A stretch of DNA of 64,000 nucleotides from a bacterium. GTDB taxonomy: Bacteria; SAR324; XYD2-FULL-50-16. The stretch lies in contig JAVVEA010000016.1 in assembly GCA_032250835.1 (NCBI GenBank), positions 21,845 through 85,844 on the forward strand, read 5' to 3'. The position numbers and the translations under genes are program-made. The first letter of the stretch is position 1. Every line of letters starts with the position of its first letter. Under the pieces are notes generated by a model, which was given only the letters and a program-made list of their open reading frames with translations, had not been told where the DNA came from and searched no databases. Shown here one piece after another: positions 8,901 to 18,900 of this stretch.

Positions 8901-11900
8901 CCCTAAGCAAGGCCTGATCCCCCTCCATGCCTTTCTGGTCCAAGCCCAGGGCGAGGTGGGCTTGGCTGCCTAAAATCTCGTCGATCCACTTAGAACAGCT
9001 CTGGCGGGGCCCTAATTCCACAAAGAGGCGGGTGCCGTCCTGGTAGGCCTTTTCGATCAATCGGGGGAAATCTACGCTTTGGCAATAGATTCCCGCAATG
9101 TTTTCGGCCAGTTGGCGCTCGGTGGTTTCGGTGGTTTGGTAGGTTCGTGCCGTATAAAAGTCCAAGGCAGGCGAAGAGACCACCGGGCAGGTATGTAGCT
9201 CCTTTAAAGCCTTATAGTCCGCCTGGACGAAGTCCGCATGGATGGCGTCGGAGATGGGCAGTTCCCGGGCCTCAAAGCCCGTCGCCTTGAGCATCTTCAA
9301 GAGCGCGGCTCGTTCGCCCCCAACCACCGCTTCTGTGGGGCTGTTTTGGATCATCAAATACACCCGATCACGTTGGGCCACCGCGGCTTCTAGCGCGGCA
9401 CGCGGGGCGCGGACCGCCAGGGTAATCCAATCTACTTTTTGGCCTTTCTTCAGTTTCCAAGCCTTGCGGACCGTCTCCATGGGACCGGCCAAGTGGGTTT
9501 GGAAAACCGGTTTTTTGTGTAAATATTCACTTAAGGAGTCGGTGTTTTCCCAAAGGCCCAGCGCAAAGGCCATGGTCACTTCCCCCATGCTATAGCCCAG
9601 CGCGGCGTCGGGCTCGACCCCTAAAAAGCGGCGCAAAACCTGGGTCTGCAACATGCTGGCGTTGATACCCGTCTCAAACATAGCAATGGCGTCACGCACC
9701 AATTCTATTTGCAGTTCCTTTTCGGCGTTCGCGTCCAGTGGTTCCAAACGCCGGGGGAAAATCTGCTGGTCCCGGAAGAGGCTGGCCGGGTCTTTTGCAT
9801 AGCCTTGCGGTAGGTCATGCAGCTCCGGGAAGAAGCGCATCAGCCCCGCACCCATCCCCAGATAGCTGTTAAATCCGCCGGGATAGACAAAGGCCAACTT
9901 GCCCTGGGCGGTTAAGTCTTGGGCCGAAAAAGTCGAACCTGCCGGGGAATGCCAGTCTTGGCCCTTTGGGGCCGCCTGGGCGATGCCTTCTAAAGCGGCT
10001 TTACGTTCAGCCACTAATTCCCCCGGGCTGGCGGCCAACAACACCAAGCGGAACTTACCTTGGTCTTTGGCTTGCGTACTGCCCCAGCTTTCGGCCAGAA
10101 ACTGATCCTCAGCCAGTTCCCCGGCCTCTAGCTGATCCAACAGAGCCTTTAGGCTCTTTGCGGTGAACTTAAAGGCACGCAAACCATGGGTCCAGCGTTC
10201 CATAGGACGCCCCAACGCGGGGGTTTCGGACTCACCCAAGAGGATGTGGTAGTCCTCACCGCTGAGGGCCAAGTGGTTGACTGCCGCCAATCTCCGCTGC
10301 CCAAAGGAAAGCCAAGGGCGAGAGCTTTGGGGCACGTACAGGGGGCTTTGGAGCCCTAGCTCTGCTTTGGGCCCCTTCCAGTCGGCGGTGCCGGGGATGT
10401 ATTTGAGCTTAAGCGCCAAAGCGGTCTTGATCAGCGCGGCGACCCCCAAACTAGCTTCAAGCCGCCCGAATACCGAACTAACCGAACCCAGCGCCGCTAC
10501 TTGGTCTTTCAGCTCCCGAGCCAGGCCCTTGGCTTCGATCTGCGCCAACTTCTGTTCGGCCAGCGCGCTTACCTCTAAGTAACCCGGCTTGCCCAGGTCT
10601 TTGTAAAGGCGCTTGAGTGCGCCCGAACGGGTCTTGGGCCCGAAGCGCTCGATCGCTTCGATGTGCGCATAGACCGGCAAACGGTCTTCAAGGGCCCGTT
10701 TCTTGGTGGTTAAAACCAAAGCCCCGGCCCCCTCACCGGGCTGGCTGCCCTCGTGGCCTTTGCTCCAGTAGTGACCGGCGGCTCCTTGCACCAAGGTGGG
10801 GTTTTCTTTTAGCTGCAACAGGCATTCTTCGGGCGCGCCCAAAAGGTCTACGCCGCCCAAAACCACCGCCTCGGCCTGCCCCGAAGCCAACAGCAATTGG
10901 GCCAATTCTAGCGCCTTGTATCCTGTAGAATCTTCTGAAGAAACCGAAAAGGCAGGGCCCGTAAAGTCCCACTGGGAAGCGACCCGGCAGGCCATAATAT
11001 TGCCGATGAAGCTGGTGAATTGGTTAAAACCCACCGGGTTGTGCAGGGCGTCTTTGGTCACCTCTTTGAGCTGCGCTCGTTCGGCGTCGCTCAAGGCCAA
11101 TCCGGCCCGCTCAAAGGCCATGGGTAGTTTTAGGTCCAGTTCCACCCGGCCCCGGAAGCGGTGCAGCCCTAAATCGGTTTCCATCCCCACCAGAACAGCG
11201 ACCTTGGACCCAGGCTTAAGTCCCGCATCGCGGATCGCTCGGTCGGCGACCTTGAGCATCAACAATTGTTGGCTGATCAAAGGGTCCGCCGGATTGGGCG
11301 GGATCTTATGGGTCAGGAAGTCAAAATCAAAGGGTTTGAGCCAAGCTCCCTGGGGGGGCGCTACGGCCCGCAGCCGCTCCAAGCCACTCCAGCGGGTTTT
11401 AGGCAACGGACGCGAGTCCGGTCGGGCCTCATAGAGCTTCGCCTGGAATTGATCTAACCCTTGGGCAGAGCCAAACCAAGCCTCCATGCCCACGATCGAC
11501 AGGGGTGTCTGGACTGGGCGCGGCTTGAGGGCGCGGGGCAGTTTAGTGGGCTTGGGGGCCCGCTCGAAAATAACATGGGCGTTGGTGCCGCCAAAGCCAA
11601 AGGCGTTGACCGCGCCTAGGCGTTTTTCGGGGTGCTTGGCGGGCCAGGGGCGCTCTGAGGTGACCATCTTGTCCCCGTCGATCCAGCCCTTAGCGGAACT
11701 CAGCGGGTCTTTTAGGTGGATGGTCGCGGGGATGCGGCCTTCCTTCATGGCCAAAATCACCTTCATCATGCTGGCCATCCCGGCGGCGGTCAGCAAGTGG
11801 CCGAAGTTGGACTTTACTGAGCCAATGGGGAAATCGGCCCCGGTGGGCGCAAAGAACTCTTCCATGCTGGTCAATTCGGTCTTGTCCCCTAAAGGTGTCC

Positions 11901-12903
11901 CGGTGGCGTGACACTCGACATACTCTAAGTCTTCGGGCTTTAGGTCCGAGCCTTCATAGGCGCGCTCAAAACATTGCCGTTGGCCTTTGGGGTTGGGGCT
12001 TAAGATGCCCTTACCGGCTCCGTCGTTGCTTAAGCCGTAACCCACCAAGACCGCCTCAATGGTATCGCCGTCTCTTAAGGCGTCCTCATAGCGCTTGAGC
12101 AAAAACAATCCCGCTCCTTCCCCGGCCACCAAGCCCTGGCTGTTTTTATCCAGCGGCGCGGAATTGCGGCCCAAAGGATAGGCCTGGAAGGTGGAAAAGC
12201 CCATGTTCACAAAGAAGGGGTCCGCCGCCGAGACGGCCCCGGCGAGCATCATATCCGTTTTGCCGCTAGCCAGGTATTCAGCGGCCAGCGCTAAGGCATA
12301 AAGAGAGGAGGCACAAGCGGCATCTAAGGCCAAAGACACCCCACCCAAGCCCAGTGCCTCGGCGGCAACCAGCGCCGGTCGGCCTGAGATGCGCCGGTTT
12401 TCTAAAGCCGAGGGTCCGGCCGATTCGATCTTAACCGAAGGATTCTCCAATAACCGCCGCAGGCCCCGTTCCTGGGCCTGATGGTACAGGGGGATGACTA
12501 GGCGGTTGCTGCTTTTGGTGGGGAAAGACAAATTGCCTAAAATCAAGCCGCAGCGCTCTAAAGCTTCGGGCTTATCCCAATACCCCGCCTTGGTCAGGGC
12601 TTCTCGGCCCACCCAGGTGGGCCATTGGCAAACCTCGTCGAGGGATTCTAAGCGTTTGGGGTGGACCCGATACCCTTGGGCGTCAAAGTGGAAGTCGTCG
12701 ATGAAGCCGCCGCGTAGGTTATAATACTTGTCCGGCTGGCCCTTGGAATCCGCCAAAAAGGCACTAGGGTCCAGGCCGATCTCGCGCAGCCCGGCGTCAC
12801 GGGTCAAGTCGCGGCCCGCAAAGAGGTTGTCTAAAAACTCTTCGGGGTTTTTCGCCCCCGGAAACAGACAAGCCAGGGAGATGACGGCGATACGTTGGAA
12901 CAT
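5965..12903 (-). CDS. pfaBC: Fused PfaB/PfaC-type protein: KS - chain-length factor - AT - FabA-like dehydratase domains
   Basis: KS with DAACASS, HATGT, GHLLTAAG; second KS-like domain lacking the catalytic Cys (SSEDST); AT GYSMG; DH motifs FPCHFKDD and FPCHFFED. Confidence 0.92.
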   Translation of the reverse strand: MFQRIAVISLACLFPGAKNPEEFLDNLFAGRDLTRDAGLREIGLDPSAFLADSKGQPDKYYNLRGGFIDDFHFDAQGYRVHPKRLESLDEVCQWPTWVGREALTKAGYWDKPEALERCGLILGNLSFPTKSSNRLVIPLYHQAQERGLRRLLENPSVKIESAGPSALENRRISGRPALVAAEALGLGGVSLALDAACASSLYALALAAEYLASGKTDMMLAGAVSAADPFFVNMGFSTFQAYPLGRNSAPLDKNSQGLVAGEGAGLFLLKRYEDALRDGDTIEAVLVGYGLSNDGAGKGILSPNPKGQRQCFERAYEGSDLKPEDLEYVECHATGTPLGDKTELTSMEEFFAPTGADFPIGSVKSNFGHLLTAAGMASMMKVILAMKEGRIPATIHLKDPLSSAKGWIDGDKMVTSERPWPAKHPEKRLGAVNAFGFGGTNAHVIFERAPKPTKLPRALKPRPVQTPLSIVGMEAWFGSAQGLDQFQAKLYEARPDSRPLPKTRWSGLERLRAVAPPQGAWLKPFDFDFLTHKIPPNPADPLISQQLLMLKVADRAIRDAGLKPGSKVAVLVGMETDLGLHRFRGRVELDLKLPMAFERAGLALSDAERAQLKEVTKDALHNPVGFNQFTSFIGNIMACRVASQWDFTGPAFSVSSEDSTGYKALELAQLLLASGQAEAVVLGGVDLLGAPEECLLQLKENPTLVQGAAGHYWSKGHEGSQPGEGAGALVLTTKKRALEDRLPVYAHIEAIERFGPKTRSGALKRLYKDLGKPGYLEVSALAEQKLAQIEAKGLARELKDQVAALGSVSSVFGRLEASLGVAALIKTALALKLKYIPGTADWKGPKAELGLQSPLYVPQSSRPWLSFGQRRLAAVNHLALSGEDYHILLGESETPALGRPMERWTHGLRAFKFTAKSLKALLDQLEAGELAEDQFLAESWGSTQAKDQGKFRLVLLAASPGELVAERKAALEGIAQAAPKGQDWHSPAGSTFSAQDLTAQGKLAFVYPGGFNSYLGMGAGLMRFFPELHDLPQGYAKDPASLFRDQQIFPRRLEPLDANAEKELQIELVRDAIAMFETGINASMLQTQVLRRFLGVEPDAALGYSMGEVTMAFALGLWENTDSLSEYLHKKPVFQTHLAGPMETVRKAWKLKKGQKVDWITLAVRAPRAALEAAVAQRDRVYLMIQNSPTEAVVGGERAALLKMLKATGFEARELPISDAIHADFVQADYKALKELHTCPVVSSPALDFYTARTYQTTETTERQLAENIAGIYCQSVDFPRLIEKAYQDGTRLFVELGPRQSCSKWIDEILGSQAHLALGLDQKGMEGDQALLRALAKLTVQGVLVDWSLFAPPVNQMPLGKGKMPQLIDQGSASIEEHILTEGRKLLGRGPSPSQHIFPDIPEPAPQNLAPAPAGPPAPAVSARELTLAEPAPPAFEPGSLLAQSRAMAALYQTRQRISENHRAFLLARKQGLRQYAGQLVLNQQLLDPQAPVPVQAPVDDYKEQLLYRTPTLPELLAQHPTAFVDSGRRKESEPGILWDETDLMEFAAGKIAPVFGPEYGVIDQYGPRVRLPLPPYLLVNRVTGMTAEKRSLKPSKMITEYDVPANAWHCVDGQIPWAVAVEAGQCDLVLISYLGVDFENQGTYLYRLLDCTLTFKGEMPREGQTMRYEIYIDSFAKHGHNLLFFFHYDCFVGDQLVHTMTDGCAGFFSQEDLDKGKGVILTEKEKAERAKVVPQRFEPPMLCGKKQFGRAELVRLCRGEISACLGPQFDQQGRNGSLRFSTEEFLMLDRITEVAPFGGLWGLGEVRAQKDFKPDHWYFPCHFKDDSCLAGSLMAEGCVQLLEFYLLYIGMQTQTQNARFVPIKNLANKVRCRGQVLPGDGLLEYRMEVKEIGLHPRPYAKANVDIILDGKVIVDFLDVGIELVEKEADSPKALQAPETRDLALTDAQIEEFALGSLSQAFGPEFDLFEGRPSQRNPNGALQLVSRATRFEGTRGDFKQASFLETEYDIAPDAWFLLDSHGGVTPYAVIMEIALQPCGVLGAMMGSPLLYPEEQLCFRNLDAQAEMLADPPLAGQRVTCRCWLDSTSASGGTIIQQYRFELWVAGDKFYQGKTTFGYFTPKALANQLGLDSGKKRPFWHETSRPLPTTLDLKTNRTLFQGSPRLGRKHLNFLDQVGLDPMGGIFGKGYVYGKKAVDAADWFFPCHFFEDPVMPGSLGVEAIIQSLRVFALEQGLYQDLINPRFTHALGNCQWKYRGQIIPQNEWMETEAHIKGLERGSGWVRLSADASLYKEGLRIYEVTDLSIVIEEQR

Positions 12904-12906
12904 GGG

Positions 12907-15900
12907 CTAAAACTTCTCGTTGAGGTTTTCGCTGATCGTCACTTCGGCACCGATCATCTCACTAAATACATTTCCTTGCCCGTCCACCAAACTGACATCG
13001 GCCTTGAGCCGGCCGGGGTCGGCTTCGCGCACTTTCAGCAACAGATAAAAGGGCTGATCCATCGGGGCCGGGGCAAAGGGGTGGAAGGCGTCGATACTCA
13101 AGGGCAGACTGGCGTTGCCGGTCAGGAATCGAGCCTGGACCAAAAGGGCCTGAAGGGCTTGGTCGTCGGCCAGGGGGTTGAGCATGACCGGCGCAAAGGG
13201 GCCTAAACCGCTTAAGGGTTTGAGCCCGCAGCGCAACGAAAGCTTGCGGTCCTCTTGGTGGATCACCTCCAAAATCCCTTGGAAGGCCGGGCCGTGGAAC
13301 AGGGTTTTGTCTTGATAGAGCTTGCTGGCATCGGCCCCAGGCTTTGGGGCGAAGTCGCGGCGGGCCTTGGGCGGAGGGCCCATGGCCAAGTTAATGCGGG
13401 CCGAGTAGTGGATCATCGGCAATTTCTTGCCCGGACTGGTCAGCTTAGCTTCCAGCCAAATCCCCTGCTCGCCTTTTTCGCCTTCTTTTAAATCCAAGGT
13501 AAAGCGGGTCTTTTGGTCTAAGACCACCCCCTTGAGCACCTTGACCGACACCACCGCCGCCACATGGTAGCCCGGATAGAGCTTAGCGGCCCCTTCGGCC
13601 ATCCAGGCCAGCGCAAAGACCATGGGCAACACGGGCTTGCCGCCGATGCTGTGGTCTTTAAAGCCCTTGAGCGCCTTGGGGTCCACATCCCGTTCGATCT
13701 GGTAAGACTCCAAAGGGCCCGAAGGGGGCAGCGGCGTGACCATGCCGCTCCCGATCACCAACTGATTGGGTCCCCTTTTGGCCGACATTTCGTCCACCAA
13801 AGCGGCGGTCCCGGCAGCGGCGGGGATCACCTCAACGCCGCGCGACTCAAAAAGCCGCTGGAGCTGTGGAGTAACCATCCCCCCTTCCCAGGGGCCCCAA
13901 TTAAAAGAAACCACCTTGGCTTTGGGATAGCGCTTAACAAAGAGTTGGGCCGCTTTGTTGAGCACCTCATTAGCCAGGGCATAGTCCGACTGGCCTAGAT
14001 TGCCATAAAAACCTGCTGAAGAGCTGAACAGGGTCAGGTACTTTAGCTCTTTGGGGTCCAGCGCATCGAGCAAGGCCTTCAGCCCGCCGACCTTGGTGCC
14101 CACCACTTTCTCATAATCCCCGAAGCTCTTCTTCTCGATCAATTTATCGGCCAAGACGCCCGCCCCATGGATCAAGCCGGTCACTGGCCCCAGGTCGGTG
14201 GCTTTAAGGGCTTGCTGGATGGCCTTTGGGTCCGTCACGTCAGCGGCCAAATAGGCGGCCCGGCCCCCGGCGGCTTCAATGGCGGCTAAGGTCTGGTGGA
14301 TTTCACGTAGGCCTAAGACCTGATTGATCATGGACTGGACCTTGACCGGCGTAGGCTTTTCGCCTTGGGCTTGCAGGGCCTTGATGGCCGCCGCTTTGAG
14401 GTGGGGTTCATCGGTTTGGCCTAGTGCCCAAGCCGGTTCATCCCCTAAGGGACTACGGCCCAGCAAAATAAATCCGGCCTGACTGGCTTGGGCCAGCGCC
14501 ACCACGGACTTAGCGGTCACCCCTTTGGCACCGCCACTGACCAAAAAGACTTCTTTACTAGAAATCGGGGCCAGTTCGGCATTAAAGGCTTCCTTACGGG
14601 CGACCAACGTCCAACGCCCCTTTTGGGTCCAGCCGGTCTCGCCTAAAAGCAAGTCACTATCGGCCCACTCACTTAAAATCGGCCCCACGGGGTCCAACCC
14701 CGGTTCTAGGTCCACCATGCGGCAGAAGACCTGGGGCCATTCGACCTTTAAGGTCTTGACCAAGCCGCTCAAGCCACCGCCGTAGGCCCCAAACTGACTT
14801 TTCGCCGCCCAGCCCAACTGACCGTCTAACTGGGTGGCCACCATAAAGCAGCTACGGCCTTGGTTGAAGCCTTGGCTTAAGTCTTCCTTAAGCGCTTTAG
14901 CTAAAAAGAAAACCGACTGGACCAACGCCGCCTCGGCGTCACTAAACCAATCTTTGCCGTCAAAATGGGGGTGTAAATAAAGGAACCCACCGATCGGCGC
15001 GGTCTGGCGGGCCTCGGCTAGTGCCGCCGCCAGCGAAGCATCATCCAGTTGGGCCAGCTGGGGACCCTTCAGCCCGGCGGCTGTCTTTTGGCCGGGCAGG
15101 GTGAGGAAAAGCACCTGGGCCCAACCTGCGGCCTTCAGGGCTTTCGTCAATTTGGCGGCTTGGGCCGGGTCCCCGGCGAGCAGAATTTGACAGCCTTCAG
15201 GCGGATGTACCAACAACCGGTCGGGTTGGGCTAAGGCTTGCAAGGACACGGGCAAACGTCCGGCCCTTGGGCCTTGGGCCCTTTCCAGGGCCCCCGGGGT
15301 AGCCGCTAGCTCAGGGCTTTTTTTTTTGACCGCTTCGGCGATCTCGCCTAGCGTGCGCAAACTACTCAAAGCCTCGGGGTTCAACTCACCCAGGCTGGGC
15401 AGTTTTTCCTGTAAGGCATAGAGGATTTCTACCCGCTTGATGCTGTCGATCCCTAGGTCCGACTCTAGGTCCATGGCCAAGTCCAACATTTCGGCCTGAT
15501 AGCCGGTTTTCTCGGCCACCACCGCCAACAGGGCGGCTTCGGCCTCTGGACCGGGGCCGCTCGCTGCCACAGCGGCGGCCGGGGCCGGGGCTGCGGCTTG
15601 GCTGCCGCCCAATTGCTCGGCAATCTGGCCCAAGGTGCGCAGGCTGCTTAAGGCATCGGGATTGACCTCGCCCAAGGCCGGAAGTTTTTCTTGCAGCGCG
15701 TAGAGGATTTCGACCCGCTTGATGCTGTCGATACCCAGGTCCGACTCTAGGTCCATACCCAGATCCAACATTTCGGCCTGATAGCCGGTCTTCTCGGCGA
15801 CCACCGCCATCAACGCACCCACTACGTCCATCCCGCCTGTGGGGGCAGGAGCAGCGGAGGCTGGTGCAGCATGGGCCGGAGCTGCCGGGGCGGGAGCCGA

Positions 15901-18900
15901 AGCGCCCAAAGCTTCGGCGATTTGGCCTAGGGTCCTTAAGCTGCTTAGGGCCTCAGGGTTGACTTCGCCTAAGCTGGGTAACTTTTCTTGGATGGCGTAG
16001 AGGATTTCGACCCGCTTGATGCTGTCGATACCCAGGTCCGACTCTAGGTCCATACCCAGATCCAACATTTCGGCCTGATAGCCGGTCTTCTCGGCGACCA
16101 CCGCCATCAACGCACCCACCACGTCCATCCCGCCTGTGGGGGCAGGAGCCGCGGCGGCTGGTGCGGCCTTGGCCGGGGCTGCCGGGGCGGGAGCCGAAGC
16201 GCCTAAGGCTTCAGCGATTTGGCCTAGGGTCCTTAAGCTGCTTAGGGCCTCAGGGTTAACCTCGCCTAAGCTGGGTAACTTTTCTTGGATGGCGTAGAGG
16301 ATTTCCACCCGTTTGATGCTGTCGATGCCCAGGTCCGACTCTAGGTCCATGGACAGGTCCAGCATATCGGCTTGGTAGCCCGTCTTATCGGCCACTACGG
16401 CCAGCAAGGCGGTCGTCACCTCAGCGCCCCCTTGGGCGGCTGGTGCGGCTTTGGCCGAAGCCGCAGCAGGAGCGACCGAGGTCCCCGAGACCCCGCCAGC
16501 TTGCTGGGAGATGTGGTCCGCGATTTGTTGCAGCGTACGCAACTCGGCCAGCGCTTCGGGCTTGAGGGTCGGCAGTTGGGGCATGCCCTCTTGAAGGGCA
16601 TAAAGAATCTCCACCCGTTTGATGCTATCCACGCCCAAATCGGACTCTAAGTCCATCTCGGGGTCTAACATCTCGTGGGCATAGCCGGTCTTGCGGCTGA
16701 TCACCCCCAGCAGGTGGAAGAGAACATCCTCCCCTAAAGTTCTTCCGCCGTGGGCTGAAACCGCGGGGGCTTTCGCGGCGACCGGAACAGCCGCAGCAGA
16801 ACCGCCTAGGGACCGAACAATCTCACCTAAGGTCCGCAACTCACTTAAGGAATCGGGGTTTACCTCCCCTAAACTGGGTAACTTTTCTTGTAGCGCATAA
16901 AGGATTTCCACCCGTTTGATGCTGTCGATACCCAGGTCAGACTCTAGGTCCATGGACAGGTCCAGCATTTCCGCCTGATAGCCCGTTTTTTCGGCCACCA
17001 CGGCCATCAAAGCGGTCTTCACCTCGACGCTAGCGCTAGCCACCGGGGCAACCGGCTGAGGGCGCGGGGGAACCACCGGAGTGGGGGCCGGGGCCGTAGG
17101 TTTCGGCGCGATGGGCTGGGGGGCCACCGGCGGGGTCCTCTGCGGGGCCACCGGAGCCGGACGCGGGGCCGGAGTAGCGGGCGTAGCAGGCCGGGCTGGT
17201 CGGGGGCTGGTGCCCAAGGAACCACCTAAAATCGTCTGTTGCTGTTCGATCACCCGGAAGGCCTGCTCGGCAAATTCCGCTTGGTGGTTCAAATAGTTTT
17301 CATGGATCCGCAGCGTTTCGTTTTGGTGCTGTGTAAAGCCCTCAATCTGTGCCGCTAATTGAGCGGCGGCGGGGCTCTGCAATACCGCAAAAAAGGAGCG
17401 GGAATATTCGTTTTGGTTCGTTAAAAACTGCTCATGGACCCGGATCGTTTCGGCCTGATGGGACTGGAAGTCCTTTAGGCTCTGGCTCACGGCGGCCAAC
17501 ACTTCATGGTCTTGGGGATTCATAGCGGGCGGTTCAGGGTTTTTAGGGGCCACCGCTGGGGACTGGACAGCGGCCGGAACGACCGGCGCGGCTACCGGCG
17601 CAGCGGCCTGGACTATGGGGGTGGCCTGACGGATTTTATGGCCATCAACTAGGGCATCCGCAAAATTCTTGCGGGTCTGGGGGCTGACGTAGTTGGCCCC
17701 GGTCAAGGTCACCGAAGCCGGGCTGGGCTTGATCAAGACCGGCTCTTTGCGCAGCGCATAGGGGTCTAACTGGCCTAGCTCCAAGCCCAAAACCTTTAAT
17801 TCAGCATAGGCGCGGCGCAGTTGCAAATCACCAGAGCCCTTCGCACTGGCGTTGAGGGCCACGCAGACATGTTCCTTGCCGTTGAGGATGTTGCCGGTCA
17901 GCTTGCTTAAAATCGATTGGGGACCAAATTCCACAAAAATCCGGGCTCCGGCCTCATACATGGCCTCGATCTCATCGACAAAGCGCACAGAATGTAAGAT
18001 GTGCTCTTCTAGGGCTTTCTGGATCTTTTTAGGGTCCTGGGGGTGGGCTTTGCCGCTGGCGTTTGAGTACACCGGAATCTTAGGTGCCTTAAAGCTGGCC
18101 TTAGCAATGGCCTGGGCAAAGGGCTTTTGGGCATGGCCCACCAAAGGGGTGTGGAAGGCGGCAGAAACACCCAGCATCACGCAACTAAACTTTTGGGCCT
18201 TCAGCTTGGTGGCGGCCAGTTCCAGTTGGTCTTTCGGGCCCGCCAAGACCACCTGTTTCTTGCTGTTGTAATTGGCGGCTTTTAGGTCTTTAAACTCCTT
18301 GATCTGCGCCTCGATCCCTTCGACTTGGCCCATCACGGCCATCATGCCGCCTGCGTCCACGCCGTCTTGGGCCTTCATGGCGGCCCCTCGGGCTTGGGCT
18401 AGGCTCATATAATCGGACTCACTCAAAACCCCGGCGGCCCAAAGGGCGGTCAACTCGCCGAAGCTGTGGCCTGCTGCCATGTCGGCCTTAAAGCCCGCAT
18501 CGCTCATGAGCCGGTAAAGCCCCCGGCTAAAGACGCCAATGGCGGGCTGGGCATTTTCGGTCAATTGCAGCCGAGTTTCTTGGGCTTTGCGCTCAGCTGC
18601 GTCGAAGGTCGGCACCGGGAAAACCACCTGGCTGAGCGCTTCGGGCTCCTCGGCAAAGAGGGCGTCCATCTGGGCGAAACCGGCCTCAAAGGAAGGAAAG
18701 TTCCAAACCAAATCCTTGCCCATGTTTAGGTAAGGCGAACCCTGTCCGGCAAAGAGCGCAGCCACCGCGCCTTCCAAAGCCACTTCGCGGTAGTGGATGC
18801 CTTCGGGCAGCGAAAAGGCCCGTTCGTCGGTATTTTTATTGAGGCCCTCTAAGGCGGTGTCCAGCAGGTTGGCCGCCTCAACGGCGTCCGTAGCCACCAG

